The translations under genes were made by a program, and so were the position numbers. From the NCBI GenBank assembly GCA_965140445.1, contig OZ223236.1, forward strand, positions 384,001 to 448,000: 64,000 bases of DNA. The letters run 5' to 3'. The notes below the pieces were generated by a model. That model saw only the letters and a list, made by a program, of their open reading frames with translations, ran no database searches and had not been told where the DNA came from. Positions 19,299 to 29,222 of this stretch are shown here, piece after piece. Source of the stretch: Candidatus Ozemobacteraceae bacterium. Its GTDB lineage: Bacteria; Muiribacteriota; Ozemobacteria; Ozemobacterales; Ozemobacteraceae. Each line of letters begins with the position of its first letter. Position 1 is the stretch's first letter.

Positions 19299-20760
19299 TC
19301 AGGACTCCAAGCCTTTTAAATACTCAATTGGTGCTAGAGTTGCTGTTGAAAGCCTTTCTTTTCTAGTCATTTTTTACCTTACCGTCTATGGCCGGCAAGT
19401 CTGTCCATTTATGGGTAGCCTTTACTTTTTTGAGCTTGCAACAAATTTATTTATTATAATGCTTGCTCAGACAGTAATTCGTTGGCAACTGAATAGAAAA
19501 TATCTAAAAATATCCAAAGATAGTTCGCCTCCACACATCTCTTATCGACTATCACTTTTAACATGGGCTATCTCCGGCATTCTTGCTATTGTCTTTCACA
19601 AAATCAAATATCCAGGGTTTCCTTTTTCAAGCATGATTAAGCTCCTTTCAGGTTATTGGGGAATGGGAGGGGGACTTCTTTCACTACTTGAGTACACTAT
19701 CTATGAAAATGATTTTCGCAAAATGCACCTTACCGTTTCCTCAAATTACCGTGAAAAAATTTCTCGTCGTTTTTTGCTTTCAATAGCTTTATCTGCTGGC
19801 ATTCCGGTTATGGCTTTGCTTTTAATTGAAGGCAACAATATTTATCTCGGCAATGTTTCCATCAAGGCGGGCTTTGAAGCACTCTTTTTAGGAACTTTCA
19901 TGGTAGCCGTAGCAATTGCAGTGGGCTGGTTTTACGGAAAGCATCTTGAGCAGGATATCGAAAAAATCACCGAGGGAATAAATTCCATCTCAACTGGCGA
20001 TTATCACAAGCATTTGGATACGACTCGCTTAGACGAGTTGGGAAATGTTTCAAATGGAATTAATGAAATGGCGAATGGACTTGCTCTTAGAGAAAGAATT
20101 AAAGATGCATTTGGGCGCTTTGTTTCTCCCGAGATAGCAAAGGAATTTATTTCCAACTATGTTGAATGTGATAAATCCCACCAAATGGGAGGAACCAGAA
20201 GAAAGCTTACGGTTCTTTATTGTGATATAAGAAACTTCACTCCTCTTTCAGAGACCTTAGCCCCAGAAGCTCTGGCCAATTTGCTCAACTCATATTTTAG
20301 TGTGATGGTAAAAGCCATTAGAGAAAATGGTGGAATGATTGATAAATTCATTGGCGATGCCATAATGGCGGTTTTTGGATTAACAGAAACAGAACAAAAT
20401 CATGCCCTTCAAGCCGTAAAAGCAGCAATTCAAATGCAAAAAGAATTGGAAACGTTTAATAAAGATCTTGTTAAACGAGGATTTGCGCCAATTAGAAATG
20501 GAATTGGCATTCACACCGGAATAGTTGTTGCGGGCTATATTGGCTGCATGGATCGGCTGGAATTTACGGTAATTGGACAAACGGTTAACATCGCAGCTAG
20601 ACTTGAAAGTATAGCTAAAGCGCCAAACCCGCCAATCGTATTCAGCGAATCAGTAATGAAAATGATTTCAGATGAGTTCAAAGTTAAATCTTTTGGAATG
20701 CAGTCCTTGAAGGGAGTTACAAAAGATCTAGAAGTCTTTTCTATTGAAAGCTTACAGTAA
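19291..20760 (+). CDS. Multi-TM HAMP class III adenylate cyclase
   Basis: About six TM segments; HAMP (DELGNVSNGINEM); YCDIRNFT, DKFIGDAIMAVF, FTVIGQTVNIAARLES. Confidence 0.9.
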   Translation: MTDQDSKPFKYSIGARVAVESLSFLVIFYLTVYGRQVCPFMGSLYFFELATNLFIIMLAQTVIRWQLNRKYLKISKDSSPPHISYRLSLLTWAISGILAIVFHKIKYPGFPFSSMIKLLSGYWGMGGGLLSLLEYTIYENDFRKMHLTVSSNYREKISRRFLLSIALSAGIPVMALLLIEGNNIYLGNVSIKAGFEALFLGTFMVAVAIAVGWFYGKHLEQDIEKITEGINSISTGDYHKHLDTTRLDELGNVSNGINEMANGLALRERIKDAFGRFVSPEIAKEFISNYVECDKSHQMGGTRRKLTVLYCDIRNFTPLSETLAPEALANLLNSYFSVMVKAIRENGGMIDKFIGDAIMAVFGLTETEQNHALQAVKAAIQMQKELETFNKDLVKRGFAPIRNGIGIHTGIVVAGYIGCMDRLEFTVIGQTVNIAARLESIAKAPNPPIVFSESVMKMISDEFKVKSFGMQSLKGVTKDLEVFSIESLQ

Positions 20761-20771
20761 TATGCAAAAAC

Positions 20772-21623
20772 TCATAAATTGAACTTGGAGCTGGCCTCAA
20801 GTCTTTCTTCTGAAATAATGTAGTTATTTTCTGAATATTTGATTTCCGTATTCGAAACACTCTTACTGCTAAGCGGAAATCCATCTTTAAGACGAACTTT
20901 TAAAATCCCACTTCTGTCTACTTTTAAATCAGCTTTAAGCTTTTCTCCATCTTTGTTTTCCGGGTCTGTTTCAAAACCCATTTTAAAAGAAATATCAGCA
21001 GTCCCAAGTGCTTCGTTGACTGAATCAAGAGTGTATTTAGCCTTTACCGTGCCATAGATAGGGGGACTGTTCAAATCAATTGAAACCGGTTGTTTGAAAC
21101 TATTTTCCCATTCGTCGCCCAATCCAATTTCTTTATCAGGGAAAAAGAGTAGATCATTTAAAAAATAGTCTTGGTACTCTTTTTCTGCGCCTTTTACTTC
21201 CTTAATTTTTCCCTGCTTATCTCTTAATGATTCAATTTTTGAACCAGATGCTCCCAAACCACTTGTCCAAAGCAGTTTATCTACAACTTCCTGTGGAATT
21301 TCCTGATTAGGCTGGCCTGGAGTGTAATATTCAAGAGAAGCGGTCGCAGTTTCCCAACTTGCGAACGAAAGACCAGGTGTTTTACCGGGAGCGATTTCCA
21401 TTTTTCCTGATGCGGTTAATTTGAGAAACATTTCTGTTTCGGGCATGAAAAGCATCGCCATTTTTGTTCTTCCATTAATGGTTATGGTGGAAGTAACAGA
21501 GGCCGCCTCTTTGTAATCAACTTTGAAATGGAACTTCTTTTCCTGAGCAAATATTAAAGTTGCTGTAGCAATTACAATACAAAAGCTCAAGATGGTAACC
21601 AGATTTCTTTTTTTGCGATTCAT
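20772..21623 (-). CDS. Secreted hypothetical protein (beta-rich)
   Basis: 283-aa ORF with signal peptide and GGAGG SD. Confidence 0.7.
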   Translation of the reverse strand: MNRKKRNLVTILSFCIVIATATLIFAQEKKFHFKVDYKEAASVTSTITINGRTKMAMLFMPETEMFLKLTASGKMEIAPGKTPGLSFASWETATASLEYYTPGQPNQEIPQEVVDKLLWTSGLGASGSKIESLRDKQGKIKEVKGAEKEYQDYFLNDLLFFPDKEIGLGDEWENSFKQPVSIDLNSPPIYGTVKAKYTLDSVNEALGTADISFKMGFETDPENKDGEKLKADLKVDRSGILKVRLKDGFPLSSKSVSNTEIKYSENNYIISEERLEASSKFNL

Positions 21624-21668
21624 TCATCCCCTCCAGAAAGAAAATAATTCTAACCTCTGAACTTAATT

Positions 21669-22109
21669 CTAATCTGATTTTTCATTTTTCTCAAAGCCTG
21701 ATTTTTCCCCAAGAATTTTTCTTTCAAGCTTCATTTTCTCCAGATCACTATGTGCCAAAAGCATTGCTCCCAGAGCCAATATTCCAGTTGGGAAATATTT
21801 GAAAAAGTTATAATCCTGAATAATCATCACATATTCAAAAAAGAAATAAAATAGAAGAACAAAAGAAACCAAATCAAGAAGTAGCTTCTTTTCAGAATAA
21901 AGCAGGTTTAACTTTCCTTCTTTTATAAATTTTATTAATAAAACCCCTGGAATTAATGAAGCGAAGAAAATAATCAAATTTTTCTGTGAAAAGGTGTCAA
22001 TAAGCCATTCAAAAGCGTGCAATCCAATTTTAATGGAAATCAGAATCAATCCTACAAACGCTGCAAAATAAATTACAGAAAGTAGTATTTCCCGATCCTT
22101 GGAATTCAT
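21669..22109 (-). CDS. Hypothetical membrane protein (about 4 TM)
   Basis: Hydrophobic 146-aa ORF coupled by an ATGA overlap to the upstream GNAT gene. Confidence 0.65.
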   Translation of the reverse strand: MNSKDREILLSVIYFAAFVGLILISIKIGLHAFEWLIDTFSQKNLIIFFASLIPGVLLIKFIKEGKLNLLYSEKKLLLDLVSFVLLFYFFFEYVMIIQDYNFFKYFPTGILALGAMLLAHSDLEKMKLERKILGEKSGFEKNEKSD

Positions 22110-22900
22110 GGTCTACTTTTTACTGAAAACTTAATTATGCTGTGCCTGGAGATAAAACCAGCTTTCTCCAACGTCTTTCTTGAAGCGATATTTTCTGCTG
22201 CACATCCACAAACAGGAACGAACCTGTTCTTATGACAGTAAGCTGCTACATCTCTAATAATTGCGGTACCAATCCCTTTTCTTCTCGAATCAGGATGAAC
22301 TAACATCCCAATATCAAAATGAGGACGACTTTTTACAATTCTTTGAAACAAACCGCAGCCAAGAACTTTACCGGCCTGCTCATAAACAAACAAGCTTGAG
22401 TTTTTGATTACGGCTTCCAGCTCTTCTCTGGAATCAAATAAATCAGCCTTGAATCCATCCAGCAAATCAATATCATCAAGATTTGCCAGCCTTCTGCGGG
22501 CAAACTTTATTTCCATGGAATCTTTGAGGTTTTCTGCAATAAACTCCCTAAAAAGACAGCCCATCTCTGAATGCTTTTGATAATTGCTTATACAACTCTT
22601 CAATAATAGAGGGTCAAAAGATTTACAAAGAACAATCTCTACGTCGTAATGATCTATTATGTGAGAAAAAATAGTCTGATAATTTGAAACCTGCTTATCT
22701 GCAAGCCAGAATTCCACAATTCCAAATTTTGGATGCAAAATGAAATAACCAGCATCAAAATTAGCATACTTAATTTTGAAAACCTCAGAATCAGCAACCA
22801 ACAACTCTATGAAAAGCTCTTGAGATTCATAAATTGATTCAAAATACTCCTCACGATAAACGCCTATTTCAGATAAAGTCGCCTTTTCAAATTTTACCAT
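22106..22900 (-). CDS. GNAT-family acetyltransferase
   Basis: VHPDSRRKGIGT acetyl-CoA motif and NIASRKTLEKAGF. Confidence 0.85.
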   Translation of the reverse strand: MVKFEKATLSEIGVYREEYFESIYESQELFIELLVADSEVFKIKYANFDAGYFILHPKFGIVEFWLADKQVSNYQTIFSHIIDHYDVEIVLCKSFDPLLLKSCISNYQKHSEMGCLFREFIAENLKDSMEIKFARRRLANLDDIDLLDGFKADLFDSREELEAVIKNSSLFVYEQAGKVLGCGLFQRIVKSRPHFDIGMLVHPDSRRKGIGTAIIRDVAAYCHKNRFVPVCGCAAENIASRKTLEKAGFISRHSIIKFSVKSRP

Positions 22901-23130
22901 TTTTAGTCCTTGGAATTTTTTTGGTATTTTAGCATGATTAAATAATTTTCAGTGATCATTTTTTTCTGTATTAGCCACCAATAGCTTATAAAGGTTTACT
23001 AAAAATATGGAATGAGAATCTCCTCAGTTAAAACTTTTTTTTTTTTTTGAAACATCCACCAACTTTAATGTTTGAAATCTCATTCTGAAATTTTCCTCTG
23101 AAAGCTCGATTTAAGTTTAATATCTACAAT

Positions 23131-23167
23131 ATAAAAGAAGAAGCATCAACTTTGTTGATGCTTCTTC
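23131..23167 (-). terminator. Intrinsic terminator after the first Cache gene
   Basis: GAAGAAGCATCAAC-TTT-GTTGATGCTTCTTC hairpin followed by a T-run on the minus strand. Confidence 0.7.
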
Positions 23168-23184
23168 CAAATTTAGTCTAATAA

Positions 23185-23772
23185 CTATTTTGCGCTGCTA
23201 ATTAACTTATCTATCTCTTCGTCAGTCAATCCGTAGATTCCGCAACCAACAACAAACTTTTCACCGTAGGAAGTCTGACAAATTTTTACGTATGAAACTT
23301 TTCTCTGGATTTCCTTTACCCCTGGAATAGGCCAATAATAATCAACCCAGCCTGCTCCTCGCTTTTGAACAGTATTATTCATCTCAATGAAAAATCGTTT
23401 GCCTTTTTTATCCTTCATTCCCAGCAAGGCTCTGCCTTCCATCTTATACTTTATCGGATGCATCTGCATTACGCCTTCCAGGTCATGAATCCAGATATAA
23501 GTTCCGCCAAAAATGAATTTGCTTTTTCTTCCCATGAATTGCGGAAAGGCTTTTCTTCCCTCTTTTTTCAAAAGCTTACAAGCTTCTTCAACTTTTTTTA
23601 CTACCATTTCAGGAGAAATTGGGTCTTTAGAAGTCTCAAAACAAAATTCCTCGCTATCCTTAGAAAGCTGGTTTCTTGAAACAACATGGTCCAAATCCAA
23701 AGAATAATCCTGAGAAAAAGCTAACAAGGGAAAAAATACAACCAAAACCAAAATCATTCCTAATCGTTTCAT
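23185..23772 (-). CDS. Stand-alone periplasmic single Cache-domain protein
   Basis: Signal peptide; YIWIHD..MHP..KDKKGK..GWVDYYWP..KVSYV..VGCGIY. Confidence 0.85.
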   Translation of the reverse strand: MKRLGMILVLVVFFPLLAFSQDYSLDLDHVVSRNQLSKDSEEFCFETSKDPISPEMVVKKVEEACKLLKKEGRKAFPQFMGRKSKFIFGGTYIWIHDLEGVMQMHPIKYKMEGRALLGMKDKKGKRFFIEMNNTVQKRGAGWVDYYWPIPGVKEIQRKVSYVKICQTSYGEKFVVGCGIYGLTDEEIDKLISSAK

Positions 23773-23849
23773 CTATGTCTCCTACGGTATTTAAAATCCG
23801 AAACGAGTGGCAAATCAAGCTATTAAAAAATAGCTAACGTACATTCTTA

Positions 23850-23893
23850 ACCATATCCGAAGAATTGAAATCTGGCAACATTACAACATAATA
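23850..23893 (-). promoter_or_regulatory. Putative sigma70 promoter plus upstream palindromic operator (copy A)
   Basis: Minus strand ATTATGTTGTAAT-G-TTGCCA-17 nt-TATGGT; shared with 26640-26683. Confidence 0.6.
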
Positions 23894-23908
23894 CTCTTTC
23901 GTATAACC

Positions 23909-25891
23909 TTAAACTTCTGGAAGCTTGAACCTAGAAAGTAGAATTTGTAATTCATTAGCCTGCGAAGCCAATTCCTGAGAATCATTGGAGCTCTTCTCTG
24001 CTTCCATAGCATTTTGCTGAGTAACTTTATCGATTTGCTCGAGTCCAGTATTTACATTTGAAACACCATTAGCTTGCTCCGAGGAAGCTTCAGAAATTTT
24101 CTGAACAAGATCCGTCGTTTTGGTAATAGATTCAACAATTTCAGATAAAGCAATGGCGGTGTGCCTGGTAATCTCTCGTCCGTCTTCCACAACGCAAGAA
24201 GACGCTTCGATCAACTCTGCGGTTTCTCTGGCTGCTTTTGCACTCCTGGCTGCAAGGTTGCGAACTTCGTCTGCAACTACCGCAAACCCCTTCCCGTGTC
24301 TACCAGCTCTAGCCGCTTCAACTGCAGCATTCAATGCTAAAAGATTGGTTTGAAAAGCTATATCCTCAATAACCTTAAGTATCAGAGAAATTTTGTCGCT
24401 GGAGTTCTTTATTTCTTCCATGGATCTGGTAAGATCCTGCATCTTGTCATTGCCATTTTGTGCAGATCCCATAGCCGCAGCGGCCAATTTACTAGCATTT
24501 AGCGCACTTTCGGCATTGGAATTGGCCTGCGAACCAATCTCAGTCAAAGAACTACTCAACTCCTGGAGTGATGAAGCAGAGCGAACAGAGCCATCAGATA
24601 AGGATTCACTGACATCCGAAACTCTTGTAGCGATTGAAGAAACCTTCGCCCCACAAATATTAATGCTTTTTATTACCTCAGCCAGGCTAATGGTCATTGA
24701 ATTCAAAGCTACGCCCAACGAATCTTTTTCAGACAACAGATCTATCTGGTTAGTAAAATCACCTTCTGAAATTGCCTTTGCAATGGTCACTTTCTTTTGT
24801 TGCTCGGCAACCATTTCTTTAAAAGCTTCTGTCATGATGCCAATTTCGTCTTTTGACTCATGAGTAATCTTAACCTCAATGTTTCCCAAAGCAATTTCTT
24901 TAACAACCTCGGTTAACTCATTAATTGGCCGGGTAATCCTAATAGAGATAAAAACAGAAGTAACAACAAACACAAGAACAGAAAAAATAAATACTATCAA
25001 AAGATATGAGTATGCTAGTTTTTTCTCTGCTGCTATCACCTCATTGGCGGAGGTTTTTAATGCAACAACACCATCAATTACTTTGTTTCCAGCTTCATCC
25101 AGTTTTGCGAGCAAAGTTTGCTCCTCGTTATAGCCAACCTTTAGGGTATCCAAAAGCTGAGAGAACTCATTTAGTGAGGCAGAAATCTTTTCTGAATTTT
25201 TCACAAGCATGTCATCTTTTATTATGACTGAAAACTGCTTCATGCCCTCGGGAAGTTCTTTACCCTCTTTATCAAGAATCTTTTTACAATCATCCAGAAG
25301 TTTCTCATCACCAGTATTCAAATACTGTTGCTGAAGGCTTTGCAAACGAAATAAGGTGGCGGCACCTTCACTTATAAGTACAACCAGTCCCACATGGCTA
25401 CTATCCAGATCTTCTCCCTCCATTTGAAGTTCCAGTTGCTTTTCAGAAATCTTCGCCTGCATTTCGCTAAGTAACTGCCTTGAGCTAGCTACTGGCTTAA
25501 TAACTCTGGCTTCTAATATATTATTCTCTTCTGTTTTCTTCAGTATGTTGCTGAAAAGAGATTGATATTGATGGAAAAGGTCTTCAACAATGGAAATCTT
25601 CTCCCTGGAGGATTCAGCTAAATGTGAGTTCTTTAAACTTTCTAAGCCGGAGTTAATATTCTTACATTTCGCGTTAAACTCAGCAAGATATTCTGGCTTT
25701 AAGAACTGTAAAAACCTTTTTTCAAGTACCCGACCTTCGATAGTCAGGTTAGAAATTCTTCCAATCTCATCTTTTAAAAGATTGATGTTTCCAATCCTGT
25801 AGGCGAAAAAATACCAGCCAGTTCCTGCAGAAACACCAATAAAGAAAATTGCAATACAAACGAAAAGAGCTAATCTTTGCTTTATAGTCAT
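23909..25891 (-). CDS. Methyl-accepting chemotaxis protein (helical periplasmic domain, HAMP)
   Basis: Two TM helices, HAMP, and [33 protein letters not shown]. Confidence 0.95.
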   Translation of the reverse strand: MTIKQRLALFVCIAIFFIGVSAGTGWYFFAYRIGNINLLKDEIGRISNLTIEGRVLEKRFLQFLKPEYLAEFNAKCKNINSGLESLKNSHLAESSREKISIVEDLFHQYQSLFSNILKKTEENNILEARVIKPVASSRQLLSEMQAKISEKQLELQMEGEDLDSSHVGLVVLISEGAATLFRLQSLQQQYLNTGDEKLLDDCKKILDKEGKELPEGMKQFSVIIKDDMLVKNSEKISASLNEFSQLLDTLKVGYNEEQTLLAKLDEAGNKVIDGVVALKTSANEVIAAEKKLAYSYLLIVFIFSVLVFVVTSVFISIRITRPINELTEVVKEIALGNIEVKITHESKDEIGIMTEAFKEMVAEQQKKVTIAKAISEGDFTNQIDLLSEKDSLGVALNSMTISLAEVIKSINICGAKVSSIATRVSDVSESLSDGSVRSASSLQELSSSLTEIGSQANSNAESALNASKLAAAAMGSAQNGNDKMQDLTRSMEEIKNSSDKISLILKVIEDIAFQTNLLALNAAVEAARAGRHGKGFAVVADEVRNLAARSAKAARETAELIEASSCVVEDGREITRHTAIALSEIVESITKTTDLVQKISEASSEQANGVSNVNTGLEQIDKVTQQNAMEAEKSSNDSQELASQANELQILLSRFKLPEV

Positions 25892-25916
25892 TTTAGTCCC
25901 TTATACTTCATTAGAC

Positions 25917-25955
25917 AAAAGCAACTAGCCGCATCCCAGAAGGAAACGGCTAGTT
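25917..25955 (-). terminator. Hairpin/terminator between the second Cache gene and the MCP
   Basis: AACTAGCCG...CGGCTAGTT stem with GCTTTT downstream on the minus strand. Confidence 0.5.
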
Positions 25956-25971
25956 ATTGACAAAAAAGAAA

Positions 25972-26553
25972 CTATTTTGAAGAAACTAAATTGTCGATCT
26001 CAGCATCGGACAGACCGTAAATCCCGCATCCAACAACAAATTTTTCTTTCTCTGGTGTTTCACAGAGTTTTACAAATGAAACTTTTCTCTGAATGTCTTT
26101 TGAGCCAGGAACAGGCCAATGGTAATCTACCCATCCAGAACCTTTTTCCTGAGCAACTTTATTCATTTCAACAAAAAATCTTTTTCCCTTCTTGTCTTTT
26201 AAAACAAGGAGCGGCTTACCTTCCATTTTGTATTTCAATGGGTGCATCTGCATTACGCCTTCAAGATCATGAATCCAAATATAGGTCCCAGCAAAAATAA
26301 ATTTGCTATCTTTTCCCATAAACTTACTAAATGACTTTCGCCCTTCACTTGCAACCAACTGGCAAGCTTCTTCAACTTTTTTTATTACCGCATCAGCAGT
26401 GGGCTTTTCTTTAGCCGTCTCAGCACAAAAAGCTTCACTCTCTTTGGCAAGAGTTTCGCGAGACACAGGAGCGGCAGCATTATCCTGACAAAAACCTATT
26501 CCAGGAAAAGCCATTACTACTATCATGGCTAAAAACATAACAAATTTTCTCAT
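25972..26553 (-). CDS. Stand-alone periplasmic single Cache-domain protein (paralog of 23185-23772)
   Basis: Signal peptide; long stretches near-identical to the paralog (GTYIWIHDLEGVMQMHP.KYKMEG). Confidence 0.85.
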   Translation of the reverse strand: MRKFVMFLAMIVVMAFPGIGFCQDNAAAPVSRETLAKESEAFCAETAKEKPTADAVIKKVEEACQLVASEGRKSFSKFMGKDSKFIFAGTYIWIHDLEGVMQMHPLKYKMEGKPLLVLKDKKGKRFFVEMNKVAQEKGSGWVDYHWPVPGSKDIQRKVSFVKLCETPEKEKFVVGCGIYGLSDAEIDNLVSSK

Positions 26554-26639
26554 TCCTATTCCTCCAACAGATTTATTAAAATAGTGGGCATTTTGATATC
26601 TCTTTATAAATGTATTTAATATTCCACCCTTCTAAATAG

Positions 26640-26683
26640 AAAATATCCGATTAATCAAAATCTGGCAATACTACAACGTAATA
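26640..26683 (-). promoter_or_regulatory. Putative sigma70 promoter plus upstream palindromic operator (copy B)
   Basis: Minus strand ATTACGTTGTAGT-A-TTGCCA-17 nt-TATTTT. Confidence 0.6.
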
Positions 26684-26757
26684 GAAACACCCGCGCAAAA
26701 GGCTTCTTTAAGTAAATAAGCTGGATACAGTTAAAAAAAAAATCCACATTTGTTGCT

Positions 26758-27504
26758 TTAGAGTCTTTGATAAATTGAAAATGGAAGCAACTTTAATAAC
26801 CAGGCGATCAGTTTCCAACGTTTTGTAACATAGGCAACTCGTTTTTTCTTTTGAATCGCATCCCAAATTTGGCTCGCTGCAACTTCTGGGGACGCAACCC
26901 AGAATAATCCATCGCCTTGAGCCATTTTTGTGTCAACAAAACCGGGTCGTATATCAGTAACAAAAATTGGAAAACCACTTTTAAAGACTTTTATAGCAAG
27001 GCCTTCTAAAAAATTTGAAACAAAAGCTTTTGAAGCATTGTAAGAGGGCGCAATGTAACCGCCCCTGAGACAGGCAATGGACGAAATACCAACCAGATGT
27101 CCAGATTTAATACTAAAAAGATGTTTTGCTGCAACGGTTGTCATGGCAGTAAAACCGGCCACATTAACCGCTACTGTCTCCAGCTCCTTTGAAATATCCA
27201 ACTCTGGGTTTAAGCTTCCAGTTCCGGCACAAATTATAAAAAGTTGAACCTCACCCATCTCACCGATCAAATCGTTCAGCTGAGAAATGGCGTCATCAGT
27301 CTTTGACACATCGATATCTTTTACATACATCTTTGTAGGAAGCTCGCTAGCTAATGAATCCAAAAGTTCTTTGCGTCTACCAATGATTCCAACTTCGTAT
27401 TTCTCTGCAGACAGTTTCTTTGCCAAAGCTCGTCCAATTCCTGACGATGCACCAACTATAATAGCCTTTTTTAAGCACTCAGACAAGATTTTCTCCTTAA
27501 TCAA
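26758..27504 (-). CDS. Short-chain dehydrogenase/reductase
   Basis: GASSGIG, YNASK and PGFVDT motifs. Confidence 0.92.
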   Translation of the reverse strand: MIKEKILSECLKKAIIVGASSGIGRALAKKLSAEKYEVGIIGRRKELLDSLASELPTKMYVKDIDVSKTDDAISQLNDLIGEMGEVQLFIICAGTGSLNPELDISKELETVAVNVAGFTAMTTVAAKHLFSIKSGHLVGISSIACLRGGYIAPSYNASKAFVSNFLEGLAIKVFKSGFPIFVTDIRPGFVDTKMAQGDGLFWVASPEVAASQIWDAIQKKKRVAYVTKRWKLIAWLLKLLPFSIYQRL

Positions 27505-27529
27505 TAAGTAATAGTTTCAAACCAAACAG

Positions 27530-28522
27530 TTATTTTATAGTTGGGGATTTTTCATCGTTGTCGTCACTCATATCTGGATAAAGCTTTTTTATACAGTTAG
27601 GACATATTCCATGGCTGAACTGAGCATCAGAGTTTTCTTTTACAAAAACTTCTATCTGGCTCCAATACCCCTTATCATTCCTTACATTTTTACAAGCAGA
27701 ACAAATTGGAACCAGCCCTTTTAAAACTTTTACATCCTGCAAAGCTTTCCTGTGTTTATCTATTGCGCCAACTAGCTCTTTTTCTCCCTTTAAAGCATGT
27801 TTAAAAGCAAAAATGATTCCAAATAAACCAAAAAGCCAGATTAAGGCGTGGCTGAGAAAAAGAAAATTCAATTGGTTATTAAAAGTAGATAAAAGTTTGT
27901 CTGCAGGAATATCAACACTAATTCCCCCACGTAATTCGCCTTCTTTGTATCCCTGTTCAGCATGGCACTTTAAACAACTCTTTTCTGTCCATAATGGAGC
28001 CATATAACGAAATTTTTTGGGAGGAACCTCTTCTGACCAGGCAAAGTTTTCATCTGAATAGTTTTTAAAACCCAAAAGTGCATTTTTTTCCCATTCATCA
28101 GGCAAATTCTCAGGCCTTAGAGGTTTTTCACTTGTAATATGAAATTTAACATTTTCACTTTTTTTGGAGATTTCAGAAATTAATCTGGTCATAAACGCAG
28201 GATTAACCATAGTTAGATTTTTACCATTTGTGGTTTGTAAATCTCTGTCAGGAACAGTTAAATATGGGTTTGGCTGGATTTTTTCAGATATGGGAACATA
28301 AACTCCTCCCATTGCGGAATTCCAAAGTCTTGTAGAAACAATCAAATCAAAAAAAGATTTTGCTTGTGCAAGAGCAACATTGGTCATCTGCTTTTTTTCA
28401 CTATCAATTGTATAAACAAGAAAAAGACTTACCAGCAATGTCCAAAGCAACGCTATACCTAAAAAGGTTCTTTCAATGTACGAGCCTCGCAAGGGTTCTT
28501 CCCTAAATTTTTCCTCGCTCAT
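27530..28522 (-). CDS. DUF3365 (c-type heme) periplasmic sensor with C-terminal Cys/His domain
   Basis: TM, GGVYVP..NPA.MTR, CLKCH heme motif, second TM, then PICSACK..GYW..FSHGICPNC. Confidence 0.85.
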   Translation of the reverse strand: MSEEKFREEPLRGSYIERTFLGIALLWTLLVSLFLVYTIDSEKKQMTNVALAQAKSFFDLIVSTRLWNSAMGGVYVPISEKIQPNPYLTVPDRDLQTTNGKNLTMVNPAFMTRLISEISKKSENVKFHITSEKPLRPENLPDEWEKNALLGFKNYSDENFAWSEEVPPKKFRYMAPLWTEKSCLKCHAEQGYKEGELRGGISVDIPADKLLSTFNNQLNFLFLSHALIWLFGLFGIIFAFKHALKGEKELVGAIDKHRKALQDVKVLKGLVPICSACKNVRNDKGYWSQIEVFVKENSDAQFSHGICPNCIKKLYPDMSDDNDEKSPTIK

Positions 28523-28640
28523 AAGATCCCTTTCAAAAGTAATTCAAAAATGAAAAAATCGTTTTGTCTGCCAATATTAGATTCTATCAAAAATAAAACC
28601 TTTTCACCTAAATTCCACTGAAAATTAGATTTTTAAACTA

Positions 28641-29192
28641 TCAAATACATTTTGCCATAAGAATCAGATCTAAATACTCGGTCTCGGAAACTTTTATTTC
28701 TTTAGATTTACGGCCTTCTTTAACAAACCCCAGTGAGCAATACAAACCTATCGCCGATTCATTATTACTTAAAACTTCGAGATTAATCTTTTCAATGGAT
28801 GTATTATCTTTTACCCAATCCAGCAGCTGCAAAAGCATCTCTTTTCCGAGTCCCAAGCCTCGCCATTCTGGAAGAAGTGACATGCCAAAACCGCCCACGT
28901 GAGAGGTTCTTTTAAAAATCTGATTGGAAAAATCCAGCAAGCCAATTGCCTGACCATTTTTCTCGGCAACTATAATCAAACTCTCAGGATGATTTAGATG
29001 GTCATTTATCCATCGCTCTTTTCCCTCGGTTGTGGCGAAAAATTCTTCAGGCTTCATTATTGCCCATGGCGCATTTTGCAAAACCTGCTTTGTAAAACTT
29101 ATTAAAGCGCTTCCATCGCCCTTTTTAGGGGTTCTCAAAATCACTGAGTCCCCATTTTTCAGCTTTACTTTTTTTGCCAGGATTTCGCCCAT
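28641..29192 (-). CDS. GNAT-family acetyltransferase
   Basis: PEWRGLGLG and NESAIGLYCSLGFVKEG motifs. Confidence 0.9.
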   Translation of the reverse strand: MGEILAKKVKLKNGDSVILRTPKKGDGSALISFTKQVLQNAPWAIMKPEEFFATTEGKERWINDHLNHPESLIIVAEKNGQAIGLLDFSNQIFKRTSHVGGFGMSLLPEWRGLGLGKEMLLQLLDWVKDNTSIEKINLEVLSNNESAIGLYCSLGFVKEGRKSKEIKVSETEYLDLILMAKCI

Positions 29193-29222
29193 TGTCAGAT
29201 CTTTCTGATATTTCTTTTAATC

